IMG/VR virus record: IMGVR_UViG_3300033175_000390 | Reading direction: 5' to 3' (one strand) | Length of the DNA stretch: 20,000 nucleotides | From: an uncultured virus (IMG/VR IMGVR_UViG_3300033175_000390) | Lineage: Duplodnaviria > Heunggongvirae > Uroviricota > Caudoviricetes | Shown here: positions 7,440-16,444 of the stretch, piece after piece | How positions within the stretch are numbered: position 1 is the first letter of the stretch | How the letters are laid out: the number at the start of each line of letters is the position of its first letter | The notes under the pieces: model-generated | What the model saw: only the letters and a program-made list of their open reading frames with translations | Told to the model about the DNA's origin: nothing | Databases searched by the model: none | Position numbers and translations under genes: made by a program

Positions 7440-9845
7440 ATGGCGGACAATTTCGGCCTTAAAATTGGGGTCGAAGGCGAAAAGGAATTTAAAAATGCTC
7501 TCAGGGACATCAACCAGTCCTTTAAGGTGCTGGGTAGCGAAATGACCCTCGTAACCAGCCAATTTGATAAAAACGATAAATCCATACAATCGGTTACCGC
7601 CCGGAACACGGTTCTAAGTAAAGAAATCGACGCTCAGAAAGAGAAGATTTCCACCCTTAAGGCTGCACTGGACAATGCCTCCTCCTCTTTCGGTGAAAAT
7701 GACCGCCGTACTCAGAACTGGCAGATTCAACTAAATAAGGCTCAGGCAGAAATCAACGGTATGGAGCGTGAACTTGAGCAGTCCACAATCGATGCGGATA
7801 AGCTCGGTGAAGAATTAGACGATTCCGGTAAAAGTGCTGACGAGGCCAGTGGCAAGTTCGAAAAGCTGGGCGGCATCCTCAAAGGCATCGGCGTAACTAT
7901 GGGCGCGGTTGCGGTTGCCGCCGGTGCCGCCGCAATCAAGCTAGGCCAAGAAGTCGTGCAGCAGTTCGGCGAACTGGAGCAGAACCTGGGCGGTTCAGAA
8001 GCCGTGTTCGGCCAGTACGCCGCCTCCATCCAGAAGACCGGCGAAGAAGCCTACAAGAACCTGGGAGTTTCCCAAAGCGAGTACCTCGCCACCGCCAATA
8101 AGATGGGTGCGCTGTTCCAAGGCTCCGGCATTGAACAGCAAAAGTCGCTGGAACTGACTGAAAAAGCCATGCAGCGAGCGGCGGATATGGCCTCCGTCAT
8201 GGGTATTGATATGCAGATGGCTTTGGACTCCGTGGCAGGTGCGGCCAAAGGCAATTTCACCATGATGGATAACCTGGGCGTAGCCATGAATGCCACCAAC
8301 ATCCAAGCCTACGCTTTAGCCAAGGGCCTTGACTTCACCTGGGCATCCGCCACCAATGCGGAAAAAGCCGAAGTCGCCATGCAGATGTTCTTTGATACTA
8401 CCGAGCAGTATGCGGGGAACTTCGCCAAGGAGTCGACCCAGACCATCACTGGTTCAATCGGGCTGCTCCAAGCCGCCCTGGGATCGTTTACCGCCGGGCT
8501 GGGCAACGCCAACGCCGATATGACAAACCTGACCCAGAATCTGGTGGAAGCCTTTCAGGCTGTCGTTACTAACATTGTACCGGTTTTGGAGAACATCGTA
8601 GCTGCGCTGCCCCCGGCGGTTGGTTCCATATTGCAGGCGGTGGGTGATCTGCTGCCCACGCTCCTGAGTACAGTTACGGAACTGTTCTCGCAAGTGCTGG
8701 AAACCGTCCTGAATCTTTTGCCGCAACTAATCCCGGCGGCTGTTGGTGCCGTAATGACGATTGTCGGGGCCTTGATTGATAACCTTCCATTGCTCATCGA
8801 AGCGGCAGTGCAGCTGGTGTCTGCCCTTGTGGAGGGCATCGGTCAGGCTTTGCCGGAGTTAATCCCCGCCGCCGTAAACGCTGTCGCAACGATTGTCCAA
8901 GGCTTGGCAGACAATCTGCCCATGCTGCTGGGCGCGGCTTTGCAGCTTATCCTGGGCCTGGCGCAGGGGCTGGTGGACGCGATACCGCAGTTAATTGCCG
9001 CATTGCCCGCCATAATTAATGCTCTGGTTGATTTCATCATCGGGGCTGTGCCGCAGATTATCCAGGCGGGCATCCAGCTTTTAGCGGCCTTGGTCAAAGG
9101 ACTGCCGGAAATCATCATAGCTGTTGTGGCAGCCATACCCCAGATTGTCGAAGCGCTGGTTACCGCCATCATAGACCCGGAAAGCACCGGGATGATAATT
9201 GAGGCTGGTTTTGTCCTCTTTGTTTCTTTGATTCAGAACCTGCCTGCCATCATAGCTGCCATAGTTAAAGCCGTACCCCCGATCATTACCGCCATAGTGA
9301 ACGACTTTCGCCAGGGCATCGACCGTATTGTGGAGGTAGGCAAGTTTATCGTCGAGGGTATCTGGGAAGGGGTCAGCCAGATGGGTGGCTGGCTGGCGGA
9401 CAAAGTGAGAAACTTTGCTAAATCCATCATTGACTCCATAACCAGCGCTTTAGGGATTAGCTCGCCATCAGTCGTCATGCGGGACTTGGTCGGCAAAAAC
9501 CTGGTATTAGGTTTGGCGGAAGGAATAAGCCAAAACAGCAAAGACGCGGTCATAGCAGCTCATCGTCTGGTCAGCGATACTCTGGCTGCCATGGAGGAAC
9601 TGAGCAAGGGGACGGATTTTACGATTGCAGTGGGTGGTCTTAAGTCTGGATTGGAAGGTATGATGCCGCCAGCAGCAGCTCCTTCTGAACTGGCTTCATC
9701 AAACTTCGGCAGATATTCCCCAGACACACCAGGCAGCGCTGTGATCAACAACACTCTAAACTTTTACACTCCCACCGCCAGCCCAGCGGATATCGCTAAA
9801 GCCAGCCGCCGGGCAGCGGAGCAGATGCTGCGGTATGCCACTTAG
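7440..9845 (+). CDS. Tail tape measure protein (801 aa)
   Basis: Long Ala/Leu/Ile-rich helical protein with periodic LP.L/IP.I repeats and a C-terminal LGISSPS motif. RBS AAAGGAGGTG before ATG 7440. Confidence 0.93.
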   Translation: MADNFGLKIGVEGEKEFKNALRDINQSFKVLGSEMTLVTSQFDKNDKSIQSVTARNTVLSKEIDAQKEKISTLKAALDNASSSFGENDRRTQNWQIQLNKAQAEINGMERELEQSTIDADKLGEELDDSGKSADEASGKFEKLGGILKGIGVTMGAVAVAAGAAAIKLGQEVVQQFGELEQNLGGSEAVFGQYAASIQKTGEEAYKNLGVSQSEYLATANKMGALFQGSGIEQQKSLELTEKAMQRAADMASVMGIDMQMALDSVAGAAKGNFTMMDNLGVAMNATNIQAYALAKGLDFTWASATNAEKAEVAMQMFFDTTEQYAGNFAKESTQTITGSIGLLQAALGSFTAGLGNANADMTNLTQNLVEAFQAVVTNIVPVLENIVAALPPAVGSILQAVGDLLPTLLSTVTELFSQVLETVLNLLPQLIPAAVGAVMTIVGALIDNLPLLIEAAVQLVSALVEGIGQALPELIPAAVNAVATIVQGLADNLPMLLGAALQLILGLAQGLVDAIPQLIAALPAIINALVDFIIGAVPQIIQAGIQLLAALVKGLPEIIIAVVAAIPQIVEALVTAIIDPESTGMIIEAGFVLFVSLIQNLPAIIAAIVKAVPPIITAIVNDFRQGIDRIVEVGKFIVEGIWEGVSQMGGWLADKVRNFAKSIIDSITSALGISSPSVVMRDLVGKNLVLGLAEGISQNSKDAVIAAHRLVSDTLAAMEELSKGTDFTIAVGGLKSGLEGMMPPAAAPSELASSNFGRYSPDTPGSAVINNTLNFYTPTASPADIAKASRRAAEQMLRYAT

Positions 9846-9859
9846 AAAGGAGGAAGGCT

Positions 9860-10726
9860 GTGCAGAAGCTGGTATTTACGAATTCAAGGGGCCTATCGGT
9901 TTCCTTTGATACAGTGACTCCCTATCTTTTTTGGAAGATAGACGGCACCGGCTTGCCCCCGGTTACGCCCATACAGACCCAGACCGTCGGGCAGAACGGT
10001 TATACACTGCACTCCACCTTGCTGGAATCCCGCGAAGTGCGCCTGACCGGGCATATATACAGCCGTGAGGGTTTTAAGGCGTTTTACTCTGCCCGCAAGC
10101 GGATAAACGCAGTTTGCAACCCCTTGCTGGGTCCCGGCTGGATTCTTTACGAAAATAACTATGGTGTATTTAAAACCGGCGCCTTTGTGACAGACATAGC
10201 TTTCAGAGACCGGGTAGGCAACTCCCAGACCCTAACGGTTTCATTTGAGTGTCCTTCGCCTTTTTGGACGGCGGCGGAAAAAAGCGTGGCCTTACTGGCT
10301 TACATGTGGGGCGGGATGTCTTTCCCGATTAAAACCCCGAATCGTTTTGGAGTTATGGGCTACCAGGCCATCATCAACAACGACTCGGACGCGGATACCC
10401 CGCTAGAGCTTACCATGGACGGAGGTTCTTTAAACCCGGAGATAATTAACCAGACTACCGGGGAGTTTATTAAACTGGCGCACCAGGTTAACCCCGGCGA
10501 TAAGCTCTACATCAACACTGACCCGGAATACCTGGAAGTCAGCCTGATTACCACCGATCCGGAAACCAACCAGAAAGTAAAGCAAAACGCTTACGGCTAC
10601 ATTACCCACGACTCCTCCTTGTTCAAGCTGGTACCGGGGGTAAACCGCCTGACTTTTGAGTCTGACGATGAGAACACGGCGGTGCGGCTGGTGATTGGCT
10701 TTTACAAAAGATATGTGGGGGTGTAG
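9860..10726 (+). CDS. Distal tail protein (Dit; siphovirus tail component)
   Basis: Follows the tape measure gene; FECPSPFW, INNDSDADTP, NPEIINQTTGE and FKLVPGVNRL motifs typical of Dit-like proteins; GTG start. Confidence 0.82.
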   Translation: MQKLVFTNSRGLSVSFDTVTPYLFWKIDGTGLPPVTPIQTQTVGQNGYTLHSTLLESREVRLTGHIYSREGFKAFYSARKRINAVCNPLLGPGWILYENNYGVFKTGAFVTDIAFRDRVGNSQTLTVSFECPSPFWTAAEKSVALLAYMWGGMSFPIKTPNRFGVMGYQAIINNDSDADTPLELTMDGGSLNPEIINQTTGEFIKLAHQVNPGDKLYINTDPEYLEVSLITTDPETNQKVKQNAYGYITHDSSLFKLVPGVNRLTFESDDENTAVRLVIGFYKRYVGV

Positions 10727-10728
10727 GT

Positions 10729-11841
10729 ATGGCAGATATTTGTGAAATCCGGGTTTACGACCCAGAGCTTAACTGGATTGGAGTATGCGCCACCGCCGAG
10801 TCGGCGCGTTTTGAGCGAGAACTCTACGGGGCGGGAGCTTTTGAAATTCATGTGCGCCCTGAGAAATCCGGGGCGATAGAACTGGCCACCCCCGGCAATT
10901 TTATCATCATAAACGGAGATCCCGCTTGGTCGGGAATCATCCGCAGCTTTTCGGTCATCGAGAGCCGGGGCCAAGCCGAGTTTGCCATCTGGGGCGAATC
11001 TTGCGCCGGAATATTAAAACAGCGGGTAATCGTGCCCCCTACCCAGGCTCAGGATCTCACGGCCTTGGGTTGGGATAAAGTGACGGGCAGCGCGGAAGCG
11101 GTTATGAAACATTACGTCAGCCTGCAGGCAATGGAGCCTTATGACCCTGCCCGCGCTTTTCCCCTGCTGAGGATAGAGGCAAACCAGAACCGAGGTCAGT
11201 CCTTTTCTTGGCAGGCGCGTTACTCCATCCTTCTAGACGAGTTAAGCGATATCGGCAAATACGCCGGAATGGGTTTTGCGGTAACGGCTCACGCCGGAGC
11301 GAAGCAGCTTGCCTTTGAGACTGTTCTCGGCACTGACCGCAGCAAAAACCAGGATATAGTCTCCCCCGTGTCCTTTAACATGGAGTACCAGAACCTGGCT
11401 GACTACACCTACACGGAAGATTACAGTAATTACCGCACCACCGCCTATGCCGGGGGTGACGGCAAGGACGAAAACCGGCCGGTAATTGTACTAGACGGTG
11501 ATATATCCGGCCTTTTGCGCTTTGAAACCTTTATTGACTGCTCCAACGCCAAGAATACGGCGGAACTGCAGGCCCTGGGGCGGCAAAAGCTCGCTGAGAT
11601 GGCGGCGGCTAAAAACGTGGAGGCTTCCGCTTTGCCCAAGGCCTACATCTTCGGTCAGGATTACTTTTTAGGCGACCTGGTGACCTTGTATATCTCCCGG
11701 CTGGGACTGGATATCAGTGCCAGGGTTACCTCTGCGGTTGAAATCTGGGAAAGGCAGTCCGGACACAAGACGGAAATCCGCTTTGGGGAGAAGCTGCCCA
11801 ATATATTTACCACATCTTTAAAAAAGGAGGTGATCCTCTAA
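10729..11841 (+). CDS. Tail hub / Tal-like protein (ReqiPepy6 gp37-like family)
   Basis: 370 aa after Dit; GAFEIH, AYAGGDGKDENR, RFETFID and DYFLGDLVT motifs; no evident lysin extension. Confidence 0.75.
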   Translation: MADICEIRVYDPELNWIGVCATAESARFERELYGAGAFEIHVRPEKSGAIELATPGNFIIINGDPAWSGIIRSFSVIESRGQAEFAIWGESCAGILKQRVIVPPTQAQDLTALGWDKVTGSAEAVMKHYVSLQAMEPYDPARAFPLLRIEANQNRGQSFSWQARYSILLDELSDIGKYAGMGFAVTAHAGAKQLAFETVLGTDRSKNQDIVSPVSFNMEYQNLADYTYTEDYSNYRTTAYAGGDGKDENRPVIVLDGDISGLLRFETFIDCSNAKNTAELQALGRQKLAEMAAAKNVEASALPKAYIFGQDYFLGDLVTLYISRLGLDISARVTSAVEIWERQSGHKTEIRFGEKLPNIFTTSLKKEVIL

Positions 11842-12803
11842 TGGCACAAATCTGGTACGGACATTTTGACTCAACTGAAGATGACGAACGTGTCCTATTG
11901 GCAGAAGACTGGGCCAGGTATATACGCTCTTTCGTTTCCGACGGCGTCCGCAATGGCGGGGCTTGCCTGCAGGTCAGCGCTGATGGAGGCGCTAACGTTA
12001 AGATAGATACCGGCATTGCCTCAATTCAGGGATATATCTTTTATCTGGATGAAGATTACACGGGCAGATACTACAGTGTACCCGTCCCTGACGCCAACCC
12101 CAGCCTGAACAGAATAGACCGTTTAATCCTGCGCCTGGATCGGACCATCCAGAACCGGGCCATCATTCCCCTGGTCTTAACCGGAGAAGCCTCCGCCAGC
12201 CCGGTGCCGCCTGCTTTGACAAGGAACGAAAACATCTATGAGCTGTCTTTAGCGCGTATCTATGTGAAAGCCGGGGCTTTGCAAGTCTATGAACAGGATA
12301 TTACCGACGAGCGTTTTATCCAAGAGGTATGTGGACTGATGCACTCGGTGCTGGGACTGGACTCATCCGCCTGGCAAGCTCAGTTTGACGCCTTTATGGC
12401 CCAAATTGGGGCTGCTTTTACCGATGCCCAAAATGACCGGGATAATAACTGGCAGGGACAGATGGACAGTCAAGAGGCACAGTTTGAAACCTTTATGGAC
12501 GGGGCACAAAGTAGCCTGGCGACCGCTGCCGGTTTTGACTTCTGGAACACAGCTCGTTTACCGGGGAATTATTATCTGACTGAGTACCCAGCCGACGGCA
12601 GCATCGTCACTACTATCAAAAAAACGGCTGGCGATACTCTAGTAGCTACCGGGGTTACCACCTACCCGGCAGACGGTTCAGTGGTTTATGAGGAAACGGT
12701 CTACCAGGCGGATGGAGCGACTATCCAGCGCCACACTATTGAAACTACAACTTACGCGGCCGACGGAAGTATTATGAAGGAGGTGCAGGGGCTGTATGAT
12801 TGA
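11841..12803 (+). CDS. Putative baseplate/tail-tip structural protein
   Basis: N-terminal region with RIDRLILRLD...PVPPALTRN..IYELSLARIYV, as seen in Firmicutes siphophage post-Tal proteins; a helical linker; C-terminal YxADG repeats. Confidence 0.65.
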   Translation: MAQIWYGHFDSTEDDERVLLAEDWARYIRSFVSDGVRNGGACLQVSADGGANVKIDTGIASIQGYIFYLDEDYTGRYYSVPVPDANPSLNRIDRLILRLDRTIQNRAIIPLVLTGEASASPVPPALTRNENIYELSLARIYVKAGALQVYEQDITDERFIQEVCGLMHSVLGLDSSAWQAQFDAFMAQIGAAFTDAQNDRDNNWQGQMDSQEAQFETFMDGAQSSLATAAGFDFWNTARLPGNYYLTEYPADGSIVTTIKKTAGDTLVATGVTTYPADGSVVYEETVYQADGATIQRHTIETTTYAADGSIMKEVQGLYD

Positions 12804-14304
12804 AGCCGACATCAAAAAATTCTTAAATGACCGGGTTCCCAATGATCCTGAGTTTAAAGCCTTAAACCGGCAAATTGAGGGGTTAGAGGGAATGCTCGCT
12901 GCCGAAGCGGATAAAGAGCAATTAAGGCGGATGCGCAGGCGGTTGGCAAACGCGGCCACTTATTGCGCGGGGGTTAATTTTCCCAATACCGCCGCTTTGT
13001 ATTTCCCCACCGTCAGGAGCCAATACAATAACAGCAATATTTTCTTAACCAGCCACTATGCCAATAACATAGGCTGGGGCAACATCAACACTTTTAAGCT
13101 TAAAATCAATGATGCCATGGATACCTTCGTGTACCTCTATACCGACGGCGCCAGCGCCAGTTATTCCATGTGGCGCTTGGCCGGGGCTTATAACGGGGGT
13201 ACGTTTTTGACACAAAGCACCAGAACGGCAATCTCCTTTACTGGGCTGCCTTCAGATATATCCTATACCGCCATGGATATGTCGGCAGATGGTGATATTG
13301 TCTGCGTCGCCACCAGCAACGAGGCCAACCGGCTGACGGTGCTCAAACGAAACAGCGGTTCCAATACCGCCTATACAGCCGCAACGGTTGACGCTCAGCC
13401 GGACGCCAATGCCAGCGCCCTTTGCCTAAGCGGCGATGGCAGGATGATATTGGTGTCCCACACTGCCGCTCCTTATTTGACGGTCTATATGACCAATGCC
13501 GACCGCAGTGCCTATACCCGGCAAAGCTTGGCTGAAATCGGTGTTAGCGTGGGCCGGGCAGTGTATATCACCGCCGCCAGTTTTGACGGCGCTACTTTTG
13601 CCCTGGGCTATAACCAAAATACGGCCGCCACCCCGGCGGTAGATGTTTACCGGCTGCAGCCGGGCGGGGTTTATGCCTCAGCGGGGGTGGATTACCTCTC
13701 CCTATATAGTTTAGGCATTTTATGCTACGGCCACCGGGAAGGGCTGCAATTAAGCCGTGACGGCAACACCCTGCTTATGTTCCTGCGGCAGTCCACCAAT
13801 TACTATGAACCGGTAATTCTGAAATTCGACGAGTCAGGACAGCGCTTCGCTTTTGACGCGACAGAACACAACAACCAAATCTGGCGTCTTTCCTATTCCT
13901 CGACGGAATACGGCGGCGGATTAAGTTACCGTGACATTAATTATGAACTGTCGGCGGACGGCAACTGGCTTTTTTCCAGCCAGCTTTACCGCAGTACCTC
14001 ATCGCCATATGGTGTCTACAACCTGCTGCGGGTCATGGATGTGTCAGGCGGGGTTATCCGCCAGGCTTTGCCGGTACATTCCGCACTGCTTTCCACCACC
14101 AACCCCGGCGACGAAGCCCGCTATGGGGCCTCTTACTGGGCGCAGCACTATTTCTGGGTGGACCCGAAGATGCGTTTTGTCTGGCGGGGAGTGATTCCCT
14201 ATACAAATTACACCAACGATTCCCCCTACTATGCCTATTATTTACACTACAATTCCTACGCCTCCAGCGACATCATCATGCTGGATGGAGTCTGGACTGA
14301 TTAA
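12796..14304 (+). CDS. Putative receptor-binding/adsorption protein with beta-propeller-like repeats
   Basis: 502 aa; short coiled-coil N-terminus; five S/FxDG blade-like motifs; Tyr/Ser/Asn-rich; lies between tail-tip and lysis genes. Confidence 0.55.
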   Translation: MIEADIKKFLNDRVPNDPEFKALNRQIEGLEGMLAAEADKEQLRRMRRRLANAATYCAGVNFPNTAALYFPTVRSQYNNSNIFLTSHYANNIGWGNINTFKLKINDAMDTFVYLYTDGASASYSMWRLAGAYNGGTFLTQSTRTAISFTGLPSDISYTAMDMSADGDIVCVATSNEANRLTVLKRNSGSNTAYTAATVDAQPDANASALCLSGDGRMILVSHTAAPYLTVYMTNADRSAYTRQSLAEIGVSVGRAVYITAASFDGATFALGYNQNTAATPAVDVYRLQPGGVYASAGVDYLSLYSLGILCYGHREGLQLSRDGNTLLMFLRQSTNYYEPVILKFDESGQRFAFDATEHNNQIWRLSYSSTEYGGGLSYRDINYELSADGNWLFSSQLYRSTSSPYGVYNLLRVMDVSGGVIRQALPVHSALLSTTNPGDEARYGASYWAQHYFWVDPKMRFVWRGVIPYTNYTNDSPYYAYYLHYNSYASSDIIMLDGVWTD

Positions 14305-14316
14305 GGGAGTGAAATT

Positions 14317-14949
14317 ATGTACGCGATTTTAAATGAGGACGGCTACTGTATTATGTACGCCAAAGAAGCGCCTTCGCCGGAACTGGCGGTAAAAGTAGCC
14401 ATGGCGGAGGTTTTAAGCGGCAAGTATGCAGGCCAGCGCTTTGATCGGGAAACCGGGCTGTGGGCCGATGAAAGGGACGAGGTTCTGGCGGCGGGTTTCC
14501 CGCCTTATATATTCAGCCTGGAAGAGAAGGTTGATTTAATTCTGACCTTGCTTTGCGGCTTGCTTATGCCGGGCGCTTTTGAAGCCGTTTTATCCCCGGA
14601 TACTGCTATCCTGGCGGCAAACCGGGGGCTGATCAAAGAAACCGCCGACGGCTCCCAGTGGGCACCTAATAAGAGGATGGTAAAAGGCCAGCTGGTAACC
14701 TGGCAAGGGCAGGTGTACAAAATCATCCAAGAGCATATTTCTCAGGCAGACTGGCCGCCGGACATGGTTCCGGCTTTATTTTTGCCTGTGGCCGAGGGCG
14801 GGGTTTTCCCGGAATGGAAACAGCCTAGCGGAGCGCATGACGCTTATCATCTCGGCGACAAAGTGACTTATGAAGGGAAGCTCTGGGTCTGCGTAGTGGA
14901 AAGCACCAGCTACGCGCCGGGGGTATACGGATGGGAGGAATTGCAATGA
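14317..14949 (+). CDS. Phage protein with two C-terminal CBM5/12-like carbohydrate-binding modules
   Basis: W...KGQLVTWQGQVYKIIQEH..DW.P and EW.QPSGAHDAYHLGDKVTYEGKLW...PGVYGW fit the CBM5/12 (ChtBD3-like) pattern. Confidence 0.65.
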   Translation: MYAILNEDGYCIMYAKEAPSPELAVKVAMAEVLSGKYAGQRFDRETGLWADERDEVLAAGFPPYIFSLEEKVDLILTLLCGLLMPGAFEAVLSPDTAILAANRGLIKETADGSQWAPNKRMVKGQLVTWQGQVYKIIQEHISQADWPPDMVPALFLPVAEGGVFPEWKQPSGAHDAYHLGDKVTYEGKLWVCVVESTSYAPGVYGWEELQ

Positions 14950-15356
14950 AAGATATATGGGATATGGTACAAATCGCCGCGGCCGCTTTAGGCGGTTTTA
15001 CAGGCTGGTTTTTAGGAGGCTGGGATGGGTTTGTATTCGCTCTGGTGGCTTTTGTGGTCTTAGACTACCTGACCGGGTTTATGCGGGCGGTGGCGGAGAA
15101 GCGCCTTTCCAGCCAGGTGGGGGCTTTAGGCATTATGAGGAAGGTTTTGATTTTCTTTATCGTAGGCGCCGCCCATGTAGTTGACACCCACCTTTTAGGA
15201 GGTGCGGCAGCGCCCCTTCGTACCGCGGTTATCTTTTTCTACATCGCTAATGAGGGAGTATCCCTGCTGGAAAACACCGCCGCCATAGGGCTGCCGGTGC
15301 CTAATGCCCTTAAGCAGGCACTGGCGCAGCTGCAGGACAAGGAGGGCGACAGATGA
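14946..15356 (+). CDS. Holin (toxin secretion/phage lysis holin family)
   Basis: Hydrophobic segments with LDYLTG, LSS.VG..G..RK and FYIANEGVSLLEN...GLPVP motifs. ATGA overlap at 14946 with RBS GGAGG; directly upstream of the endolysin. Confidence 0.92.
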   Translation: MKDIWDMVQIAAAALGGFTGWFLGGWDGFVFALVAFVVLDYLTGFMRAVAEKRLSSQVGALGIMRKVLIFFIVGAAHVVDTHLLGGAAAPLRTAVIFFYIANEGVSLLENTAAIGLPVPNALKQALAQLQDKEGDR

Positions 15357-16069
15357 ACCTGCGCAAACTGATCTTTACTAACAACGCCTGCTACAAGGCG
15401 GGCAGAACTATAACCCCCAAGGGCATTATGATACATTCTACGGGCGCCAACAACCCATGGCTGAAACGCTATGTGGGACCAGACGACGGGCTTCTTGGCA
15501 AAAACCAGTATGGCAATCACTGGAATCAAAATTTGCCGGAGGGGCGGTCAGTCTGCGCCCACGGCTTTATCGGCAAGCTGGCTGATGGGAGCATTGCTGC
15601 CTATCAGACTTTACCCTGGAACCATCGCGGCTGGCATGCTGGCGGCAAAGCCAACGACACCCATATAGGCTTTGAAATCTGCGAGGACGGACTGAACGAT
15701 GCAGCATATTTCAACAAGGTGTACCAGGAAGCCGCCGAACTGTGCGCCTACCTCTGCAAGCAGTACGGACTGACCGAGAAGAGCGTCATCTGTCACAGCG
15801 AGGGGTATCAGCTGGGCATTGCCAGCAACCATAGTGATGTGATGCACTGGTTTCCCAAGCATGGCAAGTCGATGGATATTTTTCGCACAGAAGTCAAAAG
15901 GCTGCTCACGGCAAGCGAAACGTCAAAACCTCCAGCACCCGTCCCGACCGAGCCGAAGAAACTCTATCGCGTCCAAGTCGGCGCGTATTCGGTTAAAGCA
16001 AACGCGGATGCCATGCTCGAAAGGATCAAGGCGGCAGGGTTTACGGATGCTTTCATCAAAACTGAATGA
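15353..16069 (+). CDS. Endolysin: N-acetylmuramoyl-L-alanine amidase (Amidase_2 type) with C-terminal SPOR domain
   Basis: IMIHSTG, GWHAGG, IGFEICED, CHSEG and NHSD motifs; Pro-rich linker; LYRVQVGAYSVKANA...GF.DAFI SPOR pattern. Confidence 0.92.
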   Translation: MNLRKLIFTNNACYKAGRTITPKGIMIHSTGANNPWLKRYVGPDDGLLGKNQYGNHWNQNLPEGRSVCAHGFIGKLADGSIAAYQTLPWNHRGWHAGGKANDTHIGFEICEDGLNDAAYFNKVYQEAAELCAYLCKQYGLTEKSVICHSEGYQLGIASNHSDVMHWFPKHGKSMDIFRTEVKRLLTASETSKPPAPVPTEPKKLYRVQVGAYSVKANADAMLERIKAAGFTDAFIKTE

Positions 16070-16091
16070 GCCGCTTACGGCGGTACGCAAA

Positions 16092-16135
16092 CGCCCCTCT
16101 CCTGTCTGTAGACGGTAGAGGGGCGCTTTTTATTT
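16092..16135 (+). terminator. Rho-independent terminator closing the late/lysis operon
   Basis: CGCCCCTCT (16092-16100) pairs with AGAGGGGCG (16117-16125), with an inner CTGTC/GACGG stem, followed by CTTTTTATTT. Confidence 0.85.
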
Positions 16136-16160
16136 CCCCTCCGAAACGGAGGAAAACAAA

Positions 16161-16394
16161 TTGAGTATGCAGGAACAACGGATTACACCCCTATGCGACA
16201 ACATTGCTGATAAAAAGAATCCTATTCCAGAAGAACAGTTACAGCGGGAAGCGGACTATGTGAAGGCACAGCAAGTGCTGAAATCCATGCTGGACTGTGG
16301 GCTTATTTCCTTGTCAGAATTCAACAAGATAACCGCGCTTAACCGCCAATCTTTCTCTCCTGCTCTGGCACAGATAATGCCCAGAAATCGTTGA
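16161..16394 (+). CDS. Small SHOCT-like protein of the recombinase module
   Basis: 77 aa; LKSMLDCGLISLSEFNKI matches the SHOCT-type L...G.I...EF pattern; GGAGG 8 nt before the TTG start. Confidence 0.7.
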   Translation: MSMQEQRITPLCDNIADKKNPIPEEQLQREADYVKAQQVLKSMLDCGLISLSEFNKITALNRQSFSPALAQIMPRNR

Positions 16395-16419
16395 TATTAC
16401 TTGGGTCCAGAGGTAATAT
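16391..16419 (+). promoter_or_regulatory. Putative sigma-A promoter for the recombinase genes, overlapped by an inverted repeat
   Basis: TTGATA (16391-16396), 17-nt spacer, TAATAT (16414-16419). Inverted repeat ATATTAC (16394-16400) / GTAATAT (16413-16419). Confidence 0.55.
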
Positions 16420-16444
16420 GTCACACTAACAAGGAGGTGAGGAA

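Noticed and set aside
8560..9300. Repetitive tract as a DNA repeat or CRISPR array
   Set aside because: The periodicity is at the protein level (tape measure helical repeats); there are no identical nucleotide repeats with spacers.
14190..14304. Tyr/Asn-rich 3' end of the putative RBP as a DGR variable region
   Set aside because: I found no matching template repeat in this window; a remote TR cannot be excluded without a genome-wide search.
14931..14948. Dual-start holin/antiholin motif (MGGIAM)
   Set aside because: The upstream ATG lies inside the previous gene without an RBS and overlaps the SD of ATG 14946.
16418..16429. Minigene ATG TCA CAC TAA in frame with recombinase 1 (uORF or readthrough start)
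   Set aside because: It overlaps the predicted -10 element, so it would not be on that transcript, and its RBS is weak.
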